Below are positions 1-8,908 of a stretch of DNA of 64,000 bases, one piece after another; the first letter of the stretch is position 1; every line of letters begins with the position of its first letter. The translations under genes were made by a program, and so were the position numbers. Under the pieces are notes generated by a model. It was given only the letters and a program-made list of their open reading frames with translations. It did not search any database and was not told the DNA's origin. The stretch is from Nitrospirota bacterium (lineage in GTDB: Bacteria > Nitrospirota > UBA9217): NCBI GenBank assembly GCA_963740085.1, contig CAVUCU010000004.1:672001-736000 (forward strand). The letters are read 5' to 3'.

Positions 1-1
1 A

Positions 2-571
2 GGAAATAATATCAGAGAGAAAGTACTGTGAGTCAAGATCAATGAACCGGCTGAAATACGCAAAGACCCTTAGGTCACATATATTCAGTAAGGCATGCGA
101 CCTGTGCTTCGCTTCAGAATTAATCTTGGCAATCGTATAGTAATTTTCAGGAATAAGGTGATTTATATCCAATGAAGAACTTGTACCGTCGGAGGCCGGC
201 TGAGAACGATCAGATCCGTACGCGGCTCCACTGCTGAAGTTTATATATAGCTTGTCCTGATGATGCAAAAGATAATCAATAATGAGGTTATCATAAAGCT
301 CTGTTAAACCGAATATTAGGGCAGGTTGTGCCTTCAACTTTACAGGCTGTCCGATACCGATGCAATTGATAATCACATCGTACGTTCCCTCGTTGAATTC
401 ATCGAGCGAATGCACCCCAACAATATTCCGTGCATCGATTGACCGGAGAAAATCAGCCACCTTATCGTGCGATCTCGCAAAAAGAACAAGCTCGGACTTA
501 CCATGCCGCGTAAAGTGGAATATCAACCCCTTTGCTATGTGACTCGTTGCGCCTAAAATTGCTATTTTCAT
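2..571 (-). CDS. NAD-dependent epimerase/dehydratase (extended SDR), runs off the left window edge
   Basis: Not in the ORF track. Manual translation from ATG at 571 gives MKIAILGATSHIAKGL (Rossmann start), FSSGAAYG and the YxxxK motif YTIAK, open to the edge. Confidence 0.8.
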   Translation of the reverse strand, partial: MKIAILGATSHIAKGLIFHFTRHGKSELVLFARSHDKVADFLRSIDARNIVGVHSLDEFNEGTYDVIINCIGIGQPVKLKAQPALIFGLTELYDNLIIDYLLHHQDKLYINFSSGAAYGSDRSQPASDGTSSSLDINHLIPENYYTIAKINSEAKHRSHALLNICDLRVFAYFSRFIDLDSQYFLSDIIS

Positions 572-611
572 GTTTAAGAAATTGTCTTTCTTCACAAACC
601 GGCGAGAATTA

Positions 612-1661
612 CTATCCTGTGGCTAATGCTTTAAACCATTCTATTGATCTTGTTATTGCTTCATTGATTGACACATTGATCTCGAGACCAAGCGCTCTTT
701 GTGATAACGTTATGTCCGGCAAATACCGGGAGCGGTCATCATTCATATGCTGTATGATAATATCTGATTTCGCATGGGATGCATCCTTGATCTTATAGGC
801 CAGGTCTTTGAGATTGATACCTTCCGGACTTCCCACGTTGTACGCCGCGGAGGGCTTGCCGTCAACGAGTATCCTGAGCAGCCAAAGTGCCATGTCACTG
901 GGATACATGTAACTGCGGAGCGGCTCACCGTTTCCTATTATCCGGATGGTGTTGTTTTTTAGGGCATCCCGTATGAAATTATTGATCGCCCATGGTTTAT
1001 CAAGTCTTTGGTAGGGCCCAATAAAAGAGAACGGCCTGGCAGTTACAATAGGTATTTTGAATAAACTCCAATATGCGATACAAACTGTTTCAGCGTAGCG
1101 CTTGGCTTCAGGGTACACGGAAGTAATGGTATTACAATCGATAGCGCCGCAATAATTTTCCGATATGGCTTCGACATCAGCGTGCCTGCCATAGATCTGT
1201 CCGGAGCTGATGTTCAATATTTTTTTTAACGAGTTCAGTCTGACCGATGCGTCGATCACAGCGCTCGTCCCTTTGGTAATGGTTTCCATGACTCCTAGGG
1301 GATCGGAAACGTGCTGACGATTATCAGGGGTTGCGGCTGCGTGGACTATATAGGAAACGTCACCTGGCACCTCGAATATATTTTTTACATCGGCTGAAAT
1401 AAAGCCAACATCTTTACGGGATGCCAGATGCGGTGTCTTGTCTTTGAATGAATCAACGCTTCTGGATACGAGAATCACGTTTGTGTTGAAATGAAAATTA
1501 TCATTTAAAAATGTGATGGCTTCGGTCAGCCAGGTTCCGACAAATCCGCTCCCTCCGGTTATGTATACAAGTTGATTTTTCAGTTTTTCGAGCCCGGTTG
1601 CGGAAGGAGCGATGACCTCCTGGCAATCAGTTCTAATGATTTCCAACAATCTATTGTTCAT
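612..1661 (-). CDS. NAD-dependent epimerase/dehydratase (nucleotide-sugar SDR)
   Basis: ITGGSGFVG, HAAA, SSGQIYG, YPEAK (YxxxK), RSYMY. Confidence 0.9.
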   Translation of the reverse strand: MNNRLLEIIRTDCQEVIAPSATGLEKLKNQLVYITGGSGFVGTWLTEAITFLNDNFHFNTNVILVSRSVDSFKDKTPHLASRKDVGFISADVKNIFEVPGDVSYIVHAAATPDNRQHVSDPLGVMETITKGTSAVIDASVRLNSLKKILNISSGQIYGRHADVEAISENYCGAIDCNTITSVYPEAKRYAETVCIAYWSLFKIPIVTARPFSFIGPYQRLDKPWAINNFIRDALKNNTIRIIGNGEPLRSYMYPSDMALWLLRILVDGKPSAAYNVGSPEGINLKDLAYKIKDASHAKSDIIIQHMNDDRSRYLPDITLSQRALGLEINVSINEAITRSIEWFKALATG

Positions 1662-2676
1662 TGCCGCTCCGATCCTGTTTTTTGAACAATTCCATGGCTA
1701 CTTCAACGATGATGTCTTCCTGTCCGGCAACAACTTTTCTCTTACCGAGTTCGAAAAATATGTCTCTCGGATCGACGTGGTATTTTTCGGCAGCACGCGT
1801 TACGTGTTTGGCAAAACCGGAAAATACCCCTGCCAACCCGCTCACGATACTTTCACTCTTTATACTGGGAACAACTTTCATTATAGTTTTTTCGACTACT
1901 TCTGCGGCGTCAAGTACGCCATATAAATCGATATTAGTGTTATACCCCGTCTTTTGTAAAACCGCGACCAGGACCTCCAACTGTGCGTTTCCAGCGCCTG
2001 CCCCAAAACCGCGCGCCGACGCATCAAGAATTTTCGCCCCCGCCTTTACCGCCGCAATTGAATTTGCAATGCCCATACCCAGATTATTGTGCGCATGAAA
2101 ACCGACCGGAATTTTTAAATTGGATGAAAGATAGGATATCCGATCAACCACATCATCGGGCAGATATGCTCCCGCAGAGTCCATAATAATAAGGGCTTCC
2201 GCGCCATATGATTGCATTTTGAAGGCCTCGTCAAGCAGGAGTTCCTTTGAGACCATGTGGCTCATCATGAGAACGCCGAAAACTTCTTTCCCCTGTTCGC
2301 GGGAATAGCTAATGTGCCGTTCAGTAATGTCAGCCTCGGTGCAATGGGATGCCACCCGAACCACATCAACCCCAAATTCGAATGCCCGTGCCAAGTCTTT
2401 TTTTATGGTGGCAAAACCGGGAATAACATGGATCCCCAGCCTCGCTTTTGTCAGGTTCTTTCTTGCCGTTTCCAGCATTTCCCTGTCATCGAGAAGGCTT
2501 AATCCTACCTGCAGGGACGAGGCCCCCAGGCCATTCCCATGTCCCACCTCAACGATGGGGATACCCGCAGCATCGGCAGCCTTTGCATAGGCAGCGATAT
2601 TCTCTTTCGTCAAGGCATGGGCGATCGCATGTGAGCCATCCCGAAGCGTCGCATCACTGATTAAAATGGTTTCCAT
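1651..2676 (-). CDS. dmpG: 4-hydroxy-2-oxovalerate aldolase (DmpG/MhpE family)
   Basis: DATLRDGSH, EVGHGNGLGASS, GFHAHNNLG, GAGAGNAQLE, VAGQEDII; start placed at METILISD. Confidence 0.92.
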   Translation of the reverse strand: METILISDATLRDGSHAIAHALTKENIAAYAKAADAAGIPIVEVGHGNGLGASSLQVGLSLLDDREMLETARKNLTKARLGIHVIPGFATIKKDLARAFEFGVDVVRVASHCTEADITERHISYSREQGKEVFGVLMMSHMVSKELLLDEAFKMQSYGAEALIIMDSAGAYLPDDVVDRISYLSSNLKIPVGFHAHNNLGMGIANSIAAVKAGAKILDASARGFGAGAGNAQLEVLVAVLQKTGYNTNIDLYGVLDAAEVVEKTIMKVVPSIKSESIVSGLAGVFSGFAKHVTRAAEKYHVDPRDIFFELGKRKVVAGQEDIIVEVAMELFKKQDRSGNEQ

Positions 2677-2677
2677 A

Positions 2678-3556
2678 TTATCCTCTGTTAATCGCTCGTG
2701 ATTTGGCAAATTCTTCTGCAATGGCTATGGCGGCGCAATTGATAATATCAAGATTGCCGGCATAACTGGGGAGAAAGTCTCCCATTCCTTTGACCTTTAC
2801 AGACATGATGATTCTGTCGCCTTCAATCGTCGGAGGTATAACAAGCCTGTAACTTGGAACATACCTCTGAATTTTGACCAGCATTTCATTGATGCTGGTT
2901 TTCAGCAAGGCCATATTGGGCTCTTTCACATGAGCGTAGATCGTTGTTTGCATGTCGATACACGGTTCCGCCGGGTTCAAATTCAGAATTGCTTTGGCCT
3001 TTTTGCAGTTAGAATAGCTAAGAATGCCTTTCTCCGTTGTTTCAACGTATTCATCAAGATTAAGCCTGGTTGCCGGACCGGCGCTCTTCGACGCAATGGT
3101 CGATACGACCTCTATGTAGTCTACCTGCGGATGGGTATTGCCAATAACATAGGCAAGCGGTATCGATGCCTGGCCACCGCAGGTAACCATATTTACATTG
3201 TTATAACTCAGGCACTCCTGCAGGTTGATAGCGGGAATACAGAAATGTCCAATCCTTGCCGGCGTCAGGTCAATGGCGATTTTATTCAATTCCCGCAGAA
3301 TGCCAGCATGATGCTGGTGGCCTTGCGCCGAGGTTGCATCAAAAACAATCTCGCAACTATCCGGATCATTGACAATTGCATCAATGCCCTGATTGGAAAC
3401 GGGAACTTTTAAACTGAGGGCTTTGGACATGCCTTTCGATGACACATTGCGACCGATGAACATACTGCATTCCAGGTAAGGGGATCGCAATGATTTGATA
3501 AGCAGGTCGGTTCCGATATTCCCACTGCCTAAAATTGCAACTTTTATTTTTTTCAT
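2678..3556 (-). CDS. dmpF: Acetaldehyde dehydrogenase, acetylating (DmpF/MhpF family)
   Basis: KVAILGSGNIGTDL, FDATSA, NVNMVTCGGQASIP, SAGPATRLNLDEY, YAGNLDII. Confidence 0.93.
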   Translation of the reverse strand: MKKIKVAILGSGNIGTDLLIKSLRSPYLECSMFIGRNVSSKGMSKALSLKVPVSNQGIDAIVNDPDSCEIVFDATSAQGHQHHAGILRELNKIAIDLTPARIGHFCIPAINLQECLSYNNVNMVTCGGQASIPLAYVIGNTHPQVDYIEVVSTIASKSAGPATRLNLDEYVETTEKGILSYSNCKKAKAILNLNPAEPCIDMQTTIYAHVKEPNMALLKTSINEMLVKIQRYVPSYRLVIPPTIEGDRIIMSVKVKGMGDFLPSYAGNLDIINCAAIAIAEEFAKSRAINRG

Positions 3557-3594
3557 GAATGAAGCGACCCGCTGATTAAATAGCACTAAAAGAA

Positions 3595-5379
3595 TTAAAT
3601 TTTGTCATAAACACGGTTTTGGTCATATTCCTCACGTGGAAGGAATGGGAACATGTCATCATAGGGCATGGACATCATTCTTCCGTCTTCCAATTTCTTT
3701 GAAGCGACACGGGGAATCAGGAGCTGATTTTGAGGGGTCATGACCTCGCAAATCAATGGTCCAGGGGCCTTGGCGAGAATCTCTAGCTTATCATGCAAAT
3801 CCGCCAATTTAGATATCTTCATGTACTCTATTCCGTATGCCTTCGCTATTTTTTTCATATCCGGGAAACTAACGCCGGTCATAGGGCTCTCGCCGATAAA
3901 ACGACCGTCCATGAAATTCGACTGCGTGTGTCTGATTAGAAGGTAGCCGTTGTTGCTGAGCATGATGATCTTAATCGGCAACTTGTTATGGACGATCGTC
4001 TGAAACTCCTGGATGTTCATCTGGATGGAACCATCACCGGTAATGCAATATACTGATTTCCCCTTTGCAGCAACGGCCACACCGATCGATGCAGGCATAT
4101 ATCCCATCGTAGACAATCCACCGGTTATAATATGGCGCTGTCCAGCTTTTACTTTAAAGGCTTGGGCGTGCACGTGGAAGCAGGAACCCGTGTCAACAAG
4201 AAATATATCGCTCTTTGACGATTTTTCAGAAAGAACGGTCATGAAATGATATGAGTTTATCCCCTGTTTTTCCTCTTTGTATTCGGGCAGGTTGACTGGA
4301 TACTTGCGCTTCCATAGCTGAGTCTGCTCCACCCATCGTTGATTCTGAAAACGATATCCCTTCAAGTGCCGCTGCAACTCGCTGATGAATATCTTGGCAT
4401 CACACCGGACCGCGATGTGAGGATCAATGGAAGGCTTCTTCAATTCTTTTTCGTCAATGTCAACGATGATCTTTTTCGCATGTTTGGCAAAATCCTGGTA
4501 ATCATGACCTATCATTCCAACGCTCAGCCTGCATCCGATAACAAGAAGCAGGTCGGCATTCTGCACCGTAAAATTGGCCGGCCTGTCCCCGTACGTGCCC
4601 GGATGGCCCACAAAGAGCGGATTGTTAAATGGCGTAAGGTCCATTCCCATTCGGGATGTCAACAAAGGAATATTAAGGTTTCGGATGAGCGAATTGACTT
4701 CGTTCATTGCATTGGCGCTTCGAACACCTGCACCAATGAGAACGCAAGGTCTTCTGCTGGACCTAACCACATCGGCGACACGCTCAATGTTCTTTTCCAA
4801 CGAATCGGAGCTTGTCTTGCTTTGGTCAGGATAAAAGCCTTCATGGTCATCAGGGTCAAAGACTGCTCCCTGAATATCAATGGGGCATTCTATCCAGACA
4901 GGACCTACCGGATGAGATGTAGCCATATAAATGCATTTTTCGACTTCTTTCTTAACGGTCGAGACCTTTTCAAGCATAACTGCATATTTTGTGACCTGTT
5001 GAAAGAGAGGGAGTGTATTAAAACCCTGAAGAGCAAACTGTCTCGGCTCTGTTACTGTTGCCTGGGATACTTTTGATTGCCCGGCAACAATGATGCAAGG
5101 CGATCGGTCCACAAAGGCGCCGACAACACCGGTCAGTGTGTTCAGAGCGGCTGGACCGGCGGTTACATACGCTACTCCGAGTTGGCCGGTATAACGTCCG
5201 TATGCTTCGGCCGCCATGGTCGCTGCCTGTTCATGATGGCAACAGATATATTTCTGTTTTTTATGCTGTCGCAAAGCATCAGTCAGATGCATGATCATGC
5301 CACCCGTTATTAAGAAAGCATGTTTTGCTCCTGCCTGATAAAGTTTATCTACAATATAATCAGCTACACGCATTTTCAT
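3595..5379 (-). CDS. ThDP-dependent acetolactate-synthase-like carboligase (YerE/ErwE-like)
   Basis: HHEQAATMAAE, VTAGPAALN, ThDP motif GDGSIQMN...NNGY; lies directly downstream of rfbFGH with no ilvN/ilvC nearby. Confidence 0.85.
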   Translation of the reverse strand: MKMRVADYIVDKLYQAGAKHAFLITGGMIMHLTDALRQHKKQKYICCHHEQAATMAAEAYGRYTGQLGVAYVTAGPAALNTLTGVVGAFVDRSPCIIVAGQSKVSQATVTEPRQFALQGFNTLPLFQQVTKYAVMLEKVSTVKKEVEKCIYMATSHPVGPVWIECPIDIQGAVFDPDDHEGFYPDQSKTSSDSLEKNIERVADVVRSSRRPCVLIGAGVRSANAMNEVNSLIRNLNIPLLTSRMGMDLTPFNNPLFVGHPGTYGDRPANFTVQNADLLLVIGCRLSVGMIGHDYQDFAKHAKKIIVDIDEKELKKPSIDPHIAVRCDAKIFISELQRHLKGYRFQNQRWVEQTQLWKRKYPVNLPEYKEEKQGINSYHFMTVLSEKSSKSDIFLVDTGSCFHVHAQAFKVKAGQRHIITGGLSTMGYMPASIGVAVAAKGKSVYCITGDGSIQMNIQEFQTIVHNKLPIKIIMLSNNGYLLIRHTQSNFMDGRFIGESPMTGVSFPDMKKIAKAYGIEYMKISKLADLHDKLEILAKAPGPLICEVMTPQNQLLIPRVASKKLEDGRMMSMPYDDMFPFLPREEYDQNRVYDKI

Positions 5380-5410
5380 GAGATATTCGACTCCCTTTTG
5401 CAAAAATAGA

Positions 5411-6812
5411 TTACTTATTTCTCTTGTTCAATAATTCTTTAATTGAATTCATCGTAAACAGTATCATTTCTTCGGTCATCCCCGGATACACTCCCACCCA
5501 GAATGACTGATTCATGATCATATCAGTATTATTAAGCATCCCCACAACCCGATACCCTTCACCATTTTTTCGCATTTCATCAAAGCAGGGATGTTTAAGA
5601 AGATTGCCGGCAAACAGCATCCGGGTTTGTATTTCTTTTTTTTCAAGATGGATGACAATCTCATCTCTCGTGAAACCCGCATTTTCCTTTACGGTTAGAA
5701 GAAAACCAAACCAGCTTGGATCGGCATTTTTCGTCGGCTCGGGCATAATAAATTTTTCCGATAAGTCAGCCAAACCATCCCGGAGCATTTTCCAATTCTT
5801 TTTTCTCGTTTTGATGAAACCGGGCAGCTTTTCGAGCTGCGCGCATCCGATCGCAGCCTGCATGTCCGTAATCTTTAGGTTATACCCAAAATGGGAGTAA
5901 ACATATTTATGATCATAGCCTTTGGGGAGATCCCCGAACTGCTGGGAGAACCGCTGTTTACAGGTATTGTCACGGCCCGAAGGGCACCAGCAGTCCCTTC
6001 CCCAATCGCGGAAGGACTCCACAAGGCGCTTCAGCAGTGCGTCATTCGTGTAAACCGCCCCTCCCTCTCCCATGGTCATGTGGTGGGGCGGGTAAAAGCT
6101 CGAAGTGCCGATATGACCGAAAGTACCGGTGTATTGATACAGAGGATCGGATGGTTGGAGGGTTGGAGGGTTACCGGATAAATCTTCCAGTTTTCTATAC
6201 CTCGAACCCAACGCGTCACAGTTGTCTTCGATGAGCCAGAGCCTATGCCGATCACAGAATGACTTGACCGCGGCGATGTCGAATGGATTCCCGAGTGTAT
6301 GCGCGATCATTACCGCTTTCGTTTTGGCTGATAAAGCTTTGTCGAGCTGAACGCAATCGATATTATACGTCGGCAGTGTGACATCCACAAAGACCGGGAC
6401 CGCGCCGTACTGGATGATGGGTGCTACCGTGGTTGGAAACGCCGCTGCCACGGTGATCACCTCATCGCCTTTTTTGATGCGGCGTTCACCCAGTTTCGGA
6501 GAGGTCAACGCCATGAATGCAAGCAGGTTTGCCGACGAGCCGGAATTCGTCAGGGAACAATGCTTGACACCGAGAAATTTGGCGAAATTCGCTCTCGAAT
6601 TTCTCGGCATATCTGCCTGTGGTAAGCCAGAAATCAAGCGATGAATCGACCAGCGCGGATATTTCTTTTTCATCAAAGACACGTCCGGCATACGGTATTC
6701 TGTCACCCGGAGCAAAAGGTTTTTTTGCTTTGTGTTTGAACTCGTAATAGGAGATCGCCGCCTGAATGACGCGTTGCCGTAATTCTTCATCCTTCTTGTT
6801 CTGATCACTCAT
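5411..6812 (-). CDS. rfbH: CDP-4-keto-6-deoxyglucose 3-dehydratase (RfbH/DdhC) with a single frameshift near 6586
   Basis: The N-terminus in ORF 6486..6812 ([18 protein letters not shown]) joins ORF 5411..6808 ([46 protein letters not shown]). One extra T in GAATTTCGCC explains the shift. Confidence 0.9.
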
Positions 6813-6813
6813 T

Positions 6814-7941
6814 TCATCCCTTTGCCATAAGAGCGGAGTACTCTTCTATCTGCTGAAGACAGGCTTTCTTTCCCTCTCGGCTTTTTTCGTAGTCCTTCGT
6901 CCACGCAACAATGCTTTCAATGGCCTTATCCAGACTCCAGCGCGGTTTCCACCCAAGCTCGGCTTTGGCCTTGGAGCAATCCAGCTTCAGGAAATGGGCC
7001 TCGTGAGGATGCACCCCTTTATCCACCACAAAAGAGGCAGTATCTCCCCAGTGTGAGCATAACTGTTTCACCAACCACTCCACCGGCCGCGCATCTTCAT
7101 CTCCAGGTCCGAAATTCCATGCCCCGGAATATCGAGGCCCCTCCTGTATGAGCTTTTGTGCAAGCATCAGGTAACCGCTCAAGGGTTCCAGCACATGCTG
7201 CCAGGGTCTTATCGCGTCGGGATTTCTGATAAGGACGGGTTCTGCTTTGAGTAGTGCCCGTACGCAGTCAGGAATAAGACGGTCCGTTGCCCAGTCCCCT
7301 CCTCCGATGACGTTTCCCGCGCGCGCAGTGGCGATGCTAACACGGTGAGCGGCATATTCTTTCGGATTGAAGTAGGAACTGCGATACGCGGCGGTGACCA
7401 GCTCGGAGCAGGCCTTGCTGTTCGAGTAAGGATCATATCCTCCGAGCGCTTCATCTTCGCGATAACCCCACACCCATTCTCTGTTCTCATAGCACTTATC
7501 AGTCGTGACATTAATGACTGCGTGAACGCTCGGACACGCCCGGACCGTCTCAAAAAGATTCACCGTACCCATTACATTGATCTCATAGGTTTCAACCGGT
7601 ATTTTATACGAATCCCGGACCAGCGGCTGGGCAGCCATGTGGATAACGAGCTCCGGTTGAGCTGATACCATCGCCTCATGCAACGATTTCCGGTCCCGTA
7701 TATCCGCAATCGTGGATTCGATGATCTTGTCAAGAGCGCACAAATTGAATAAACTCGGTTCCGTCGGAGGCTGCAAGGCATAGCCGTATACGCGGGCACC
7801 GAGCGAATGAAGCCACAAACAGAGCCAGGAGCCCTTGAAGCCGGTATGACCGGTTATGAACACGCGCTTATTCTGCCAGAATATTTCGTATCGATCATTC
7901 ATTACACTCGCGGTCTTTCCGTCATGGGCTTTGAGCCGCAT
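6814..7941 (-). CDS. rfbG: CDP-glucose 4,6-dehydratase
   Basis: VFITGHTGFKGSWL, HMAAQPLVR, TTDKCYEN, DPYSNSKAC, RPWQHVLEPLSGY; true start may be the internal Met. Confidence 0.95.
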   Translation of the reverse strand: MRLKAHDGKTASVMNDRYEIFWQNKRVFITGHTGFKGSWLCLWLHSLGARVYGYALQPPTEPSLFNLCALDKIIESTIADIRDRKSLHEAMVSAQPELVIHMAAQPLVRDSYKIPVETYEINVMGTVNLFETVRACPSVHAVINVTTDKCYENREWVWGYREDEALGGYDPYSNSKACSELVTAAYRSSYFNPKEYAAHRVSIATARAGNVIGGGDWATDRLIPDCVRALLKAEPVLIRNPDAIRPWQHVLEPLSGYLMLAQKLIQEGPRYSGAWNFGPGDEDARPVEWLVKQLCSHWGDTASFVVDKGVHPHEAHFLKLDCSKAKAELGWKPRWSLDKAIESIVAWTKDYEKSREGKKACLQQIEEYSALMAKG

Positions 7942-7944
7942 CTT

Positions 7945-8718
7945 CTATTTCCAGACCTTCCAGGGGGCATCGCCCGACTGCCAGAGAGACTCAAGATGAT
8001 TTTTATCGCGCAACGTGTCCATGGCATACCAGAAACCATGATGCTTATATGCGATCAATTGATTGCCCTGCGCAAGATGTTCCAAGGGCTCTCTCTCGAA
8101 GACGGTACCATCATCAGAAATCAAGTCCAGCACGCCTGGTTCGAGCACAAAAAACCCTCCGCTGATCCACGATCCATCGCCTGCTGGTTTTTCCTGAAAG
8201 GCAACGACTTTTTCCGTTGCGTCGATGTTCAATGCGCCGAATCTGCCAGACGGCAGGGCGGCGGTCACTGTTGCCTGTTTCCCGTGACTACGATGGTAGT
8301 CTATAAGCTGACTAATGTTTATGTTTGACACACCGTCGCCGTAGGTGAGCATGAATGGCCCCGCCCCGATATAGGGCGCGACGCGCTTTATCCGGCCTCC
8401 GGTCATCGTATCGGCGCCTGTATCAACGAGGGTCACTTTCCATGGCTCGGCAAAACGCTCGTGAACTTCCATTTTGTTGTGTTGCATATCGAAAGTGACA
8501 TCGCTCATATGAAGAAAATAGTTGGAGAAGTATTCTTTTATCATGTATCCCTTGAAACCGAGGCAGATGATAAATTCATTATAGCCATAATGAGAATAAC
8601 TCTTCATGATGTGCCAGAGGATTGGTTTCCCCCCAATCTCCACCATGGGTTTTGGACGAGTTGATGTCTCTTCACTGATCCGCGTACCTAATCCACCAGC
8701 CAAGATCACGACTTTCAT
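7945..8718 (-). CDS. rfbF: Glucose-1-phosphate cytidylyltransferase
   Basis: MKVVILAGGLGTRISEET, PKPMVEIG, TMTGGRIKR, MDTLRDK. Confidence 0.96.
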   Translation of the reverse strand: MKVVILAGGLGTRISEETSTRPKPMVEIGGKPILWHIMKSYSHYGYNEFIICLGFKGYMIKEYFSNYFLHMSDVTFDMQHNKMEVHERFAEPWKVTLVDTGADTMTGGRIKRVAPYIGAGPFMLTYGDGVSNINISQLIDYHRSHGKQATVTAALPSGRFGALNIDATEKVVAFQEKPAGDGSWISGGFFVLEPGVLDLISDDGTVFEREPLEHLAQGNQLIAYKHHGFWYAMDTLRDKNHLESLWQSGDAPWKVWK

Positions 8719-8908
8719 GAGAAACCCTCACTATAATAAATTGGCCCAAAATATTGATCCTTTTTTACGACATCACAAGTTCATAACTTATATAAATCGG
8801 CAAACTTCGCGTGTTTGCAAGTGATCATATTACAGATATTCATCAAATTCATCAAGACTATTCTATTTAATTGGACCAAGGTAAATCATTTTAATAAACT
8901 TAAATAGA

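Noticed and set aside
1651-3556. Aromatic meta-cleavage pathway
   Set aside because: No dioxygenase, hydrolase or hydratase genes; the pair is embedded in a nucleotide-sugar operon
6486-6812. Separate small gene or programmed frameshift at the start of rfbH
   Set aside because: It is the RfbH N-terminus. One extra T explains it, no slippery heptamer is evident, and the assembly shows other indels.
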